Shown: positions 1-8,936 of the stretch, piece after piece
How the letters are laid out: each line of letters starts with the position of its first letter
Numbering within the stretch: the first letter of the stretch is position 1
Source: an uncultured Mesoaciditoga sp.
Lineage (GTDB): Bacteria; Thermotogota; Thermotogae; Mesoaciditogales; Mesoaciditogaceae
Length of the DNA: 64,000 nucleotides
NCBI GenBank assembly: GCA_964433875.1
Contig: CAYSSO010000004.1
Span: 22,233 to 86,232, forward strand
Direction of reading: 5' to 3'
Notes under the pieces: model-generated
Told to the model about the DNA's origin: nothing
Seen by the model: only the letters and a program-made list of their open reading frames with translations
The model's database searches: none
Translations under genes and position numbers: made by a program

Positions 1-1
1 A

Positions 2-277
2 GATGAGGAAAAGCAAAAAAAGCGAAATTATCTTTCTCCTGCGGAAGTCGTCTCCTTTGTCTTTGGAATACTTGAAGAAAAAGCATGGATATCTCTTGGG
101 CTTATCAAAGACATTGACGGGGAATTTCACAAATCGAAAGAAGATGCAAAGTTTTTAATAGATATTCTTGAAAAAATGTCTGAAGTCATCGATAAAAGAT
201 TGGATGAAAATGAGGTAAAAGAGATAAAAAATCATATCGCCAATCTTCAACTTAACTTCGTCAACCAATTCAAATAA
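2..277 (+). CDS. 3' end of a DUF1844-like small acidic protein (5' end lies outside the window)
   Basis: The frame is open from the window edge to TAA at 275-277. The tail LSPAEVVSFVFGILEEKAWISLGLIKD...AKFLIDILEKM...NLQLNFVNQFK fits the DUF1844 pattern as I remember it. A terminator hairpin follows. Confidence 0.5.
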   Translation, partial: DEEKQKKRNYLSPAEVVSFVFGILEEKAWISLGLIKDIDGEFHKSKEDAKFLIDILEKMSEVIDKRLDENEVKEIKNHIANLQLNFVNQFK

Positions 278-301
278 AGGCCAGAAGGCCTTTATTTTTT
301 T
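276..301. terminator. bidirectional Rho-independent terminator between convergent genes
   Basis: Hairpin aaaggcc-agaa-ggccttt followed by a T-run. It overlaps both stop codons (275-277 on plus, 292-294 on minus). Confidence 0.7.
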
Positions 302-1464
302 GCACTTAGAGATTTTATAAATGAATACTGCACTGCGGCCGCAGCGATTAGAATTGTTGCCGACATTATTCCAAGGCCTTTCAAATTGTTCGATAACTGA
401 ATTGCCAATCCTCCTATCAAAGGCCCTATTCCAAATATCATGCCTATTATCGCTTCGTGAAATCCTCCCTGCTTTCCTTCATCCTCATCCTGCGAATTAA
501 GTCCGTAAAAGATGGCATAAGTGTAAGGAACGGCGTAACTCATTCCGGCAAAGAGAGAGATCAAGAAGAACAATGTGGGTGATGTTGGTAGGAAAAGTAG
601 AATAGTTTCGATTGGAATGACCGCGAGGAAGATCGTCGATAAAATTGGATTTCCGACCCATACTCTTATTTTGCCGAGCGTTAGAAAGACTATCAGAACT
701 CCTATGTTGGCACCAACTATCAAAAACCCGCTCATTCTTACGGGCAATCCGCTCATGCCTATGACCTTTGGAAAGAGCGAAAGCACAGCAGAGTAGACAA
801 GACCTGAGAGAAAAAGGGTTATCCTGTACGCGAGCCTGTAGAGTTTTATGCGTGGGAAGTCGATATTTTTGGGTGCAATGGTAAGTTTGTAAGAAGGGCT
901 AAATTTTATATTCTCTTTATTTTTCAAAAGATCCCGCCTTATTATGTAAGATGCAAGTATGTTCAGCGCTATTCCATACCCGAATGTTATGTATGGATAT
1001 TTTATTATCAAAAAAGGGCCAAGCGCCATTCCTATTATATTTCCAACGCTCCATGAGAGTGTGAATCTATTCACGGTACTTGCTGGATCGATCTTCAAAG
1101 CCTTTTCTCTTTTTGAAAGCAAACCTTCAATTTGGGGGAAAAATGTTCCAAAGAAGAGATTTAATCCTATGGCGAATATGAAAAGTTCCAAAACATTGGA
1201 CCAGAAGAAGCCGAATACGTTAAAAATTCCAAAGATAAAGGTTATAAAGGTTAAAATCCTTTTCTGACCATAGCGATCGCCGAGCCTTCCAAACAGCAAA
1301 CTTGCCGTCACGTAAGAGACAGCACCCGCAAAGTTTATCAGACCTATCATAAAAAATGGCAAATTCCACTCGGCGGCAATTGAATTTATTGCCGAAGTTA
1401 AAAGGTAAGAGAGGATCGAAAAGTTATTCGCAAAAAGATGGTAGAGATGAAAGTACCTTTTCAA
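292..1464 (-). CDS. MFS transporter
   Basis: 390-aa ORF with about 12 hydrophobic helices. MFS motif-A-like GRLGDRYGQKRIL follows TM2. The start lies 1 nt after the GDPD stop. Confidence 0.8.
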   Translation of the reverse strand: MKRYFHLYHLFANNFSILSYLLTSAINSIAAEWNLPFFMIGLINFAGAVSYVTASLLFGRLGDRYGQKRILTFITFIFGIFNVFGFFWSNVLELFIFAIGLNLFFGTFFPQIEGLLSKREKALKIDPASTVNRFTLSWSVGNIIGMALGPFLIIKYPYITFGYGIALNILASYIIRRDLLKNKENIKFSPSYKLTIAPKNIDFPRIKLYRLAYRITLFLSGLVYSAVLSLFPKVIGMSGLPVRMSGFLIVGANIGVLIVFLTLGKIRVWVGNPILSTIFLAVIPIETILLFLPTSPTLFFLISLFAGMSYAVPYTYAIFYGLNSQDEDEGKQGGFHEAIIGMIFGIGPLIGGLAIQLSNNLKGLGIMSATILIAAAAVQYSFIKSLSAKK

Positions 1465-1465
1465 T

Positions 1466-2188
1466 TTATTCTAAATGAGATATCAAAATCTTTCTTATCT
1501 TTTCGACTTCATTCGTTATGACTATGTACGCTTCTTTTTCTATGGCGTATTCCATATCTTCTCTGTCATCAACTGTCCAAAAGACAATCTTTATTCCCTG
1601 ATCTTTTGCAAAGTCGATCAGATCATCCATTTCAGCCATTCCTTTAGCGTAGACGGGCAAATTATAGGAAAAGATTCCGGCCTCGATGCTTTGCTTTTTT
1701 ATCTCTTCGGCCTTTCCTATATGTTGCTCTCCAAATAAAAAGGCTAATTTTAAATTCTTATCCAATTCTCTTGCGTAAAGTATACTTTTGTGGTTGAATG
1801 AAGATATTATTACCCTGTCAGGATTCCTTTCTTTAACAAGTTTTACAGTTCTGACGACCAATTCATCTGATTCTATCACATCTGTTTTAAGTTCCACATT
1901 TATTTTGAATAAAGGGCCTATAAGATCAAATACTTCCTCAAGTGTCGGGATCTTCTGACCGTGAGAATCGTACTTTCTGAGTTCTTCAAGCGTCATCTCC
2001 GAAATAAGACCGGATCCGTTAAAGGTCCTATCTATCGTTTCATCGTGGCACACGACGATCTTCTTGTCTTTTGTGAGATGGACATCCAACTCTATTCCAT
2101 CCGCACCGTATTCCATAGCCTTTTGAAAGGCTAAAAGTGTATTTTCCGGATATTTTGCGCTGTATCCTCTATGACCGTACACAAGCAT
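1466..2188 (-). CDS. glycerophosphodiester phosphodiesterase (GDPD family)
   Basis: N-terminus YGHRGYSAKYPENTLLAF...GIELDVHLTKDKKIVVCHDETIDRT is the classic GDPD catalytic pattern. SD AAGGAG lies 8 nt upstream of the ATG. Confidence 0.85.
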   Translation of the reverse strand: MLVYGHRGYSAKYPENTLLAFQKAMEYGADGIELDVHLTKDKKIVVCHDETIDRTFNGSGLISEMTLEELRKYDSHGQKIPTLEEVFDLIGPLFKINVELKTDVIESDELVVRTVKLVKERNPDRVIISSFNHKSILYARELDKNLKLAFLFGEQHIGKAEEIKKQSIEAGIFSYNLPVYAKGMAEMDDLIDFAKDQGIKIVFWTVDDREDMEYAIEKEAYIVITNEVEKIRKILISHLE

Positions 2189-2202
2189 AATCTCAACTCC
2201 TT

Positions 2203-2226
2203 GGCAAAAAAGCCCCGTTAGGGGCT
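2203..2226 (-). terminator. Rho-independent terminator after the BMP-family gene
   Basis: On the minus strand, agcccc-taac-ggggct is followed by TTTTTT, immediately after the stop codon at 2227-2229. Confidence 0.7.
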
Positions 2227-3234
2227 TTAGAAAGTTATCTGTGGAACCTGAAAACTCTGGAATTCCTCTTTTGTTTGTGGAATATTCAACTTACCATCGA
2301 TTATCATCTGTTCGAGGACCTTTATCTCTTTCATGACCGATTGAGGAACGAATTGTTTTGTGTATGTCATAGGACTTAATCCTATCCCTCCGTTATTCAA
2401 AGAAAGTAAAATTGTACCGCCTTTAAAGGTTCCATCGATGACAGACTTTATTCCGTCGTAGACGCCTATATCAACCCTTTTTAAAGAACTCACAAGTACA
2501 TGGCCGGGCGCAAGGTAATCCTGATCCATGTCCGCCCCTATCGCGTAATATCCTGCCGGCTGGCTCTTCATCGCGTCTATGACTCCAAGTCCACTCAGAC
2601 CTGCAAGTTGGTATACTATATCGGCACCTGCGGCAATCTGGCTTTCTGTCATAGCCTTTCCCGCCGCCGGATCATCGAAACTTCCAACGTAGCCGGAAAT
2701 AACCTGTACATTTGTTCCATGAAGGACGTTGTAAGTCTCAACGCCGGCCTCATAGCCGTACATATAACTGTCGACGGGTGGAATTGGCATTCCGGCTACC
2801 ACTCCCACCTTTCCAGTTTTTGTCATCGCCGCGGCCAGATAACCAACCAAAAATCCTCCCTGCTGCTGGGCAAAGATATAACTTTCGACATTTGGTATCC
2901 CATTTATCGATCCGTCTATGAAGATGAATTTCGTGTTTGGAAATTGTGGTGCCACCTTTATAACGGCATCCTGAATTAGAAATCCTACCGCGACGACTAC
3001 ATCTGAAACCTGTGCTGCCGCCGAAAGATTTGGAATGTAATCGGCCTGTTCATAAGATTGAATGAGATTTGCGGTAACGCCGAGATTTTTTACAGCCATC
3101 TCGACTCCATTCCAGGCACTGTCGTTAAAAGATTTGTCTCCTATACCGCCCGTGTCGGTAACGAAAGTAACCGTTAACGATAACCCTATACCCGCGATAA
3201 GCGTCAAAATCAACAACACAAAAAACTTTTTCAC
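2227..3234 (-). CDS. BMP-family (PnrA/TmpC/Med-like) ABC substrate-binding protein
   Basis: Signal-like N-terminal helix, then TDTGGIGDKSFNDSAW, the typical start of the mature BMP-family fold. GTG start preceded by GGGGAGG. Confidence 0.8.
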   Translation of the reverse strand: MKKFFVLLILTLIAGIGLSLTVTFVTDTGGIGDKSFNDSAWNGVEMAVKNLGVTANLIQSYEQADYIPNLSAAAQVSDVVVAVGFLIQDAVIKVAPQFPNTKFIFIDGSINGIPNVESYIFAQQQGGFLVGYLAAAMTKTGKVGVVAGMPIPPVDSYMYGYEAGVETYNVLHGTNVQVISGYVGSFDDPAAGKAMTESQIAAGADIVYQLAGLSGLGVIDAMKSQPAGYYAIGADMDQDYLAPGHVLVSSLKRVDIGVYDGIKSVIDGTFKGGTILLSLNNGGIGLSPMTYTKQFVPQSVMKEIKVLEQMIIDGKLNIPQTKEEFQSFQVPQITF

Positions 3235-3339
3235 CTTATACCTCCCCTTTATTTTATTGAAATGCTCTTAGAGCAGAACTTCTCTTTCAATTGTCAATTC
3301 TTTCCACGCGCCACAATCCACAGCCTACCCGCCACAGGG

Positions 3340-4416
3340 TTAAACTATCATTTCATTGACCACTTCTAAATTCATCGATTTTATCTGCTGCTTTACTGAT
3401 TCATAACTTTTTCTGAAGAAATCTATTTGCATGCCATTTACTATCTCCATCTTGCATTCGACAAGACTGCCCATAAGATCTGAAGCGCGCGCAACCTTTC
3501 CCTCGATCCCTCCATCGAATGGTTTTAACATCAACGGAGAATAGTATCTGGCAATTTCGTCGGGAAGAAGTGGAAGCAATATTTCATTTACCATTTTTGA
3601 TTCTACTTCCTCGACGACTGTCTCAAATCCCTCGACCCTTCTTTTTGTCGGCGAGATTATGTCTCCAGTTAAGGCTTCCGGTACGTCATGGAAGATCGAC
3701 CTTTCAAGGACATTAATCATGTCAATTTCACGCATCTCGAGGGCGATAAGGTAGGAGGTGAATGTGACAAAAAAAGTATGGCCCGCGACTGTCGTTGGAA
3801 CGGTTCTCGGGTGCTGATTCCATCTTACGGCATACATCAAAGCCGCTATTTGTGTGAGGTAATTTTTCAATTTTTCATCCTCGAGTATCTTGTGAAATGA
3901 TTCAAGATCGATCTGGCGCATTGCCGACTTGATCGATTCAAATGGATCCTTGAAATATTCTGGAAAGAACCTAACATTTGTTTCGGCTTCTTTGAATGCG
4001 GCGTAAAGATCTGCGGCGTTGACTATCTTTCCTTCTATTGATTTATCTCTCGAATTAATCATCGCATCTTCGAATTGCGCTTTGAACTCTTCCGGTACGT
4101 TCTTGATAATTTCATCTATCGAACTTTTGTACATTCTGTTCCACGCCGAAGGAGAAAGCGTCTGGATCATTCTTTTTGTCGAGAGCGATATATCGGAGAT
4201 TATACACTTTGGCATATCTTTCAGTATAATGCGGGTTATTATCTTAGACATGTCCACTTTTTTGCCATTTGAAATCTCAAGCATACCCATAAGGTGTGCA
4301 ACATGGAGGATAAAACCGCTATTCGATGCCTCGCTTACCGGTTCAAATGTTGGCTTGTTATTCCATCTTCTCATAGAAAACATCACGGTTGCAAGATCGA
4401 TTAAATCTTTGATCAT
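3340..4416 (-). CDS. tandem HD-domain protein (YfbR-like HD_3 repeats)
   Basis: The C-terminal half carries VAGH...FHDVPEALTGDIISPTKR...ASDL, the H..HD..D pattern of YfbR-type 5'-nucleotidases. The N-terminal half is a degenerate copy. I set the start at ATG 4416, preceded by GGGGGGAAG, rather than the track's 4452. Confidence 0.65.
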   Translation of the reverse strand: MIKDLIDLATVMFSMRRWNNKPTFEPVSEASNSGFILHVAHLMGMLEISNGKKVDMSKIITRIILKDMPKCIISDISLSTKRMIQTLSPSAWNRMYKSSIDEIIKNVPEEFKAQFEDAMINSRDKSIEGKIVNAADLYAAFKEAETNVRFFPEYFKDPFESIKSAMRQIDLESFHKILEDEKLKNYLTQIAALMYAVRWNQHPRTVPTTVAGHTFFVTFTSYLIALEMREIDMINVLERSIFHDVPEALTGDIISPTKRRVEGFETVVEEVESKMVNEILLPLLPDEIARYYSPLMLKPFDGGIEGKVARASDLMGSLVECKMEIVNGMQIDFFRKSYESVKQQIKSMNLEVVNEMIV

Positions 4417-4432
4417 ACTCTTCCCCCCAGTG

Positions 4433-5353
4433 TTATTTTCCGACAAAAGCATCTATTTCCATTTCCATATCGCTGTATATCGATCTTACGCGAGAATTAA
4501 ATGTCTTAACAGCATCAAAATCAAATTCATTCAATCTTGAAAAGGTAAGCCCAAGTTCTGTCATGTCAGGATCGCATACGTAATTTGAAAAGTCCTTTCC
4601 TATGTACCTTAGTATCTTTTTCCCAACGTGAACAAAAGGCGTTTCAAAGGAAATGGCCGTAAGAGTCGTGTAAAATTTTTCGGATATGACAAATCTCGCA
4701 TTCTTTACGGCCTCCATAATGTCATTTATTTTAAAGATCAAAGAAACGTCATCGACTTTGAGTTTTGAGGCAAACTGGACGGCAGTCTTTGAATCCTGAG
4801 GATCTTCGACTATAACCCTTGCGTCCATCATCGGAAACCATTTTTCTTCGGTGCATTTGCTTAAAATCCCGTCCTTTGAAGGTGCAATTACAACGAACCT
4901 GCCCTTTTCATATTCTGACTTTTCGAGAAGATAGACATTCGCAATGTCTACTCCGACCTTTATTCTTTGCCCATCCCACAAAGAGGCCCATCTTTGTCCA
5001 ACTCTATCCGTTACGAATCCCTTTACAAGAGGACTCATTATCTGTGTTGTTAGATGCTTTACCATCCCTTTACTGGATTCTTCAAGATTGAGCCCAAATA
5101 AAAAAACCTCTTTGCCAAGTTCAAGTGCGAAATCTATTATCGCAGAACTGTCAATGTATTTGTTTAACTTGCCGCTGACAATTAAACCATCGTAAAATGG
5201 CATCATCGTCATGGTATAAATAGAAAATTTAGGGTATATACTTTCAACGTTTTTGGATTTTAACAATTCTCTTACCTTCAAATAAGTCAAACGCTGACCG
5301 TAATCTTCATCATTCTGGCCAGCGATTACCATAACTTTTTTCTTAAAATTCAT
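4433..5353 (-). CDS. hypothetical protein, possibly polysaccharide pyruvyl-transferase (CsaB)-like fold
   Basis: About 306 aa. Its layout parallels CsaB (VMVIAGQNDEDYG / YDGLIVSGKLNKYID / ARFVISEKFYTTLTAISFETPFVHVGKK), but the canonical motifs are altered. The start is uncertain: ATG 5353 overlaps the prfB stop, and ATG 5332 is an alternative. Confidence 0.35.
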   Translation of the reverse strand: MNFKKKVMVIAGQNDEDYGQRLTYLKVRELLKSKNVESIYPKFSIYTMTMMPFYDGLIVSGKLNKYIDSSAIIDFALELGKEVFLFGLNLEESSKGMVKHLTTQIMSPLVKGFVTDRVGQRWASLWDGQRIKVGVDIANVYLLEKSEYEKGRFVVIAPSKDGILSKCTEEKWFPMMDARVIVEDPQDSKTAVQFASKLKVDDVSLIFKINDIMEAVKNARFVISEKFYTTLTAISFETPFVHVGKKILRYIGKDFSNYVCDPDMTELGLTFSRLNEFDFDAVKTFNSRVRSIYSDMEMEIDAFVGK

Positions 5354-6455
5354 TACCCCCATTTCTTGCGAAAAAGACAAGTTCCGCGTAGATAAAGTCA
5401 TCTATTTCTCCATCCATAACTGCCTGAATATTTCCTGTTTCGTAATCTGTGCGGTGATCTTTTACCATGGTATAGGGCTGGAAGACATAAGATCTTATCT
5501 GGCTTCCCCATCCTATTTCCTTCAATGTCCCCTGTATCTTCTGGAGTTCGGCCTGCCTCTTTTCAACCTCTAATTGGTACAGCCTCGCCTTCAAAATTCT
5601 CATTGCGGTTTCTTTATTCTGAAATTGAGACCTTTCATTTTGACACTCTACGACTATTCCGGTTGGAATGTGCGTTATTCTTACGGCCGAATCTGTTCTG
5701 TTGACGTGTTGGCCGCCGGCACCAGAGGCTCTATAGGTATCTATTCTTAAATCTTCATCCTTTATTTCGACTTCTATGTCTTCCTTTAATTCCGGCAAAA
5801 CGTTTACTGAAGCGAAAGAAGTGTGCCTTCTTTTTGCCGCATCAAATGGCGAGATCCTTACAAGCCTGTGAACGCCCCTTTCATATTTCAAAAAGCCATA
5901 GGCGTATTCACCTTTTATAAGCAGTGTTGCGCTATTTATGCCGGCCTCTTCGCCCGGCTGGATATCTATCTCTTCTATTTCAAAGTGCTTTCTTTCTGCC
6001 CATCTTGTGTACATTCTCAAAAGCATTTGAGCCCAATCGTGAGACTCTGTTCCTCCCGCTCCCGGATGGATCGAAAGGTAACAGTTGAGATCGTCAAACC
6101 TGCCATTAAGCATCATGACAAGTTCGAATCTTTCTACGAGTTCTTTTACCTCTTCGACGACCTCCTCGAGATTTTGGGCAAACTCTTCATCTTCGTCCGC
6201 GAGTTCAAGACCAACATCTACCTCTTCCATCTTTGATTTCATCTTTTGAAATAAGTCGTACTTCTCTTTAAGATCTTTCAACTTTTTGAGGGTCTCCTGG
6301 GCTAATTTCGAATCGTTCCAGAAACCATCTGCCGTCGTTTTGCTTTCTAAATTCTCTATCTCGCTTTTGACATTTTTTTCATCAAAAACCTTTAAGAGTT
6401 CAACAAACCTTTTTTGGATGTCCTCTATTTTAACTTTTAGATCGTAATTTATCAC
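5343..6455 (-). CDS. prfB: peptide chain release factor 2
   Basis: SPF tripeptide (RISPFD) and GGQ motif (SGAGGQHVNRTDSAVR). The 370-aa ORF is uninterrupted. Confidence 0.95.
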   Translation of the reverse strand: MINYDLKVKIEDIQKRFVELLKVFDEKNVKSEIENLESKTTADGFWNDSKLAQETLKKLKDLKEKYDLFQKMKSKMEEVDVGLELADEDEEFAQNLEEVVEEVKELVERFELVMMLNGRFDDLNCYLSIHPGAGGTESHDWAQMLLRMYTRWAERKHFEIEEIDIQPGEEAGINSATLLIKGEYAYGFLKYERGVHRLVRISPFDAAKRRHTSFASVNVLPELKEDIEVEIKDEDLRIDTYRASGAGGQHVNRTDSAVRITHIPTGIVVECQNERSQFQNKETAMRILKARLYQLEVEKRQAELQKIQGTLKEIGWGSQIRSYVFQPYTMVKDHRTDYETGNIQAVMDGEIDDFIYAELVFFARNGGNEF

Positions 6456-6467
6456 CTAATCACCCTT

Positions 6468-8936
6468 TCATCTTTTGACACGCATTCTTCTCTTTTTTGC
6501 CTCTTCGACCTTTTCGTCCTTTTTACCGTTAGAGAGTGTGAAGTCGGAATGTTGAGTTTGGAGAACTGAGAATCTTTTTCTTGCACGTTCTTTTTCCCTT
6601 TGCTCGTCTACCATGACGATTCTAAAGACTATCGAGGAGATATCATCGTACATTCCATCTACCATTTCTTCGAACCTTTGGTAACTCTCTTTCTTGAACT
6701 CTATGACCGGATCTTTTTGCCCGTAAGCGCGCAGATTTATCGATTCTTTTAGCATATCAACTTCCTGAAGGTGCAATCTCCATCTCTCGTCTATGACTTT
6801 GAGCATAACGTATTTGAGAATTTGCGGGAATCTCTCTTCTCCGATTTCCGATACCTTCGCATCGTAATTCTTTTGCAAATCTTCCATTATCTGTGATTTT
6901 AACTCTTCGATGTCATCCTTTGATTTGCCATCGAGAGAGAAGAATGGAAAGATCCCGGAGAGTTCGTTGGAAAAACTTTCCCAGTCCCATTCGTCTGGAT
7001 CTTTGGAGGAGAGATAATTTTGAATTCTTCTGTCTATGACGTCTTCAAAGATCTCTGTAAGATGCTCTTTGACGTCTGTACCATCGAGAATCCAGTTTCT
7101 GTGAGAATAAACCGCGTTCCTCTGCCTGTCGAGGACCGAATCGAGTTCGAGCAAATGCTTCCTTATGGAAAAATGCATTCCCTCGACTTTCTTTTGTGCT
7201 TGCTCAATTAGCCTTGAAAGCATTGGATGTTCTATAGGCTGACCGGGTGCGATCTTTAGGGTATTCATCAAAGACTTCATCCTGTCTCCGCCGAAGATCC
7301 TCAAAAGGTTATCCTCTGTAGATATGTAAAATCTCGATTCTCCCGGATCTCCCTGACGTCCAGAACGACCGCGCAACTGATTATCTATACGGCGCGATTC
7401 GTGCCTTTCCGTTCCAAGCACGAAAAGCCCTCCCAATTCGACGACACCCTCTCCAAGTTTTATATCAACACCACGTCCTGCCATATTGGTAGCAACTGTA
7501 ACGGCTCCCTTTTGACCGGCCTTTGCTATTATTTCCGCTTCTTTTTCGTGGTTTTTGGCGTTTAACACCTCGTGCGGTATTCCCTTCCTTTTAAGCATGG
7601 CACTGAGTTTTTCGTTCTTTTCTATAGAAGTTGTTCCTATAAGGATTGGCTGGCCTTTTTGATACCTTTTTGTAACTTCCTCTATTATGGCGTTGTACTT
7701 TTCCTCTTCTGTTCTGTAAATGAGATCGTCCATGTCACGCCTTATCATCGGTTTATTTGTTGGTATGACGACAACCTTCATTTTGTAAATCTGATCGAAC
7801 TCCTCGCGTTCCGTGTAAGCAGTTCCCGTCATACCGGCTATTTTTTTGTACATTAGAAAATAATTCTGCAAAGTTATCGTCGCATAGGTTATCGATTCTT
7901 CCTTTATCTGAACATTTTCCTTTGCCTCTATCGCCTGATGAAGGCCTTCGCTGTATCTTCTCCCCTCGAGTATTCTACCTGTGAATTCATCGACTATGAC
8001 AACCTCATTTCCTCGCACTATATAATCAACATCTTTTTTGTAAAGGTGAAGTGCTCTTAAGGCATTTAGTATGTGAAAATTATATTCTATATTTGACGGA
8101 TCGTACAGATTTTGAATTCCAAGTAAGTTTTCTATTTTCTTTATGCCATCTTCAGTCAAAGAGACAGTTCTTTGTTTTTCATCTATTTTGAAATCCTCGT
8201 CTCTTTTTAATTTTCTCGCAAGGGAGGCAAATTGTTTGTAAAGCCTTGAAGAGTTCTCGGCCGGACCTGAAATTATCAAAGGCGTTCTTGCTTCGTCTAT
8301 TAAAATGCTATCAACCTCGTCTATGATCGCGTAATTATGACCTCTCTGAACCCTTTGTTCTGGCAAGTAAGCAAGATTGTCTCTGAGATAGTCAAATCCC
8401 ATCTCAGTATTGGTACCGTAGGTTATGTCACAATTGTATTGGGCCCGCCTTTGATCCTGATCCATTTCAGATTGCAAGAATCCAACGCTAAGGCCAAGAA
8501 GTTCGTAGGCCGGCTTCATCCAGTTGGCGTCTCTTTTTGCAAGATAATCGTTTACGGTCACAACGTGGACGCCCTTTCCCTCAAGCGCGTTAAGATAGGC
8601 TGGCATAACCGCAACAAGGGTTTTACCTTCTCCGGTCTTCATCTCGGCCACCATGCCTTCGTGGAGGGCTACCGCTCCAATCAATTGAACATCGAATGGC
8701 CTCATCCCCACTGCCCTTCTTGCCGCCTCTCTGACAAGGGCAAAAGCCTCTGGCAAAAGATCGTCTAAGGTCTCTCCTTTAGAAAGCCTTTCTTTGAATT
8801 CTTGTGTCTTGTTCTCAAAATCTGAATCTTTGAGTTTTTTGACGTCTTCTTCGAGTTCATTTATATGTTCAACGATCTTTGACGTCCTTTTTAAGAATCT
8901 TTTGTTCGGATCAAAAATTTTATCAACAATGGACAT
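6468..8936 (-). CDS. secA: preprotein translocase ATPase SecA
   Basis: Motifs MKTGEGKTLV, IIDEVDSILIDEARTPLIIS and TNMAGRGVDI. I set the start at ATG 8936, preceded by GGAGGGAAGTAAGG. There is no C-terminal Cys/His zinc motif. Confidence 0.95.
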   Translation of the reverse strand: MSIVDKIFDPNKRFLKRTSKIVEHINELEEDVKKLKDSDFENKTQEFKERLSKGETLDDLLPEAFALVREAARRAVGMRPFDVQLIGAVALHEGMVAEMKTGEGKTLVAVMPAYLNALEGKGVHVVTVNDYLAKRDANWMKPAYELLGLSVGFLQSEMDQDQRRAQYNCDITYGTNTEMGFDYLRDNLAYLPEQRVQRGHNYAIIDEVDSILIDEARTPLIISGPAENSSRLYKQFASLARKLKRDEDFKIDEKQRTVSLTEDGIKKIENLLGIQNLYDPSNIEYNFHILNALRALHLYKKDVDYIVRGNEVVIVDEFTGRILEGRRYSEGLHQAIEAKENVQIKEESITYATITLQNYFLMYKKIAGMTGTAYTEREEFDQIYKMKVVVIPTNKPMIRRDMDDLIYRTEEEKYNAIIEEVTKRYQKGQPILIGTTSIEKNEKLSAMLKRKGIPHEVLNAKNHEKEAEIIAKAGQKGAVTVATNMAGRGVDIKLGEGVVELGGLFVLGTERHESRRIDNQLRGRSGRQGDPGESRFYISTEDNLLRIFGGDRMKSLMNTLKIAPGQPIEHPMLSRLIEQAQKKVEGMHFSIRKHLLELDSVLDRQRNAVYSHRNWILDGTDVKEHLTEIFEDVIDRRIQNYLSSKDPDEWDWESFSNELSGIFPFFSLDGKSKDDIEELKSQIMEDLQKNYDAKVSEIGEERFPQILKYVMLKVIDERWRLHLQEVDMLKESINLRAYGQKDPVIEFKKESYQRFEEMVDGMYDDISSIVFRIVMVDEQREKERARKRFSVLQTQHSDFTLSNGKKDEKVEEAKKRRMRVKR

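Noticed and set aside
5343-6455. Programmed +1 frameshift site in prfB, as found in many bacteria around codon 25-26.
   Set aside because: The RF2 ORF is continuous from MINYDLKV... through the SPF and GGQ motifs. There is no in-frame TGA and no CTT TGA-type shift site near the 5' end. This gene does not use the autoregulatory frameshift.
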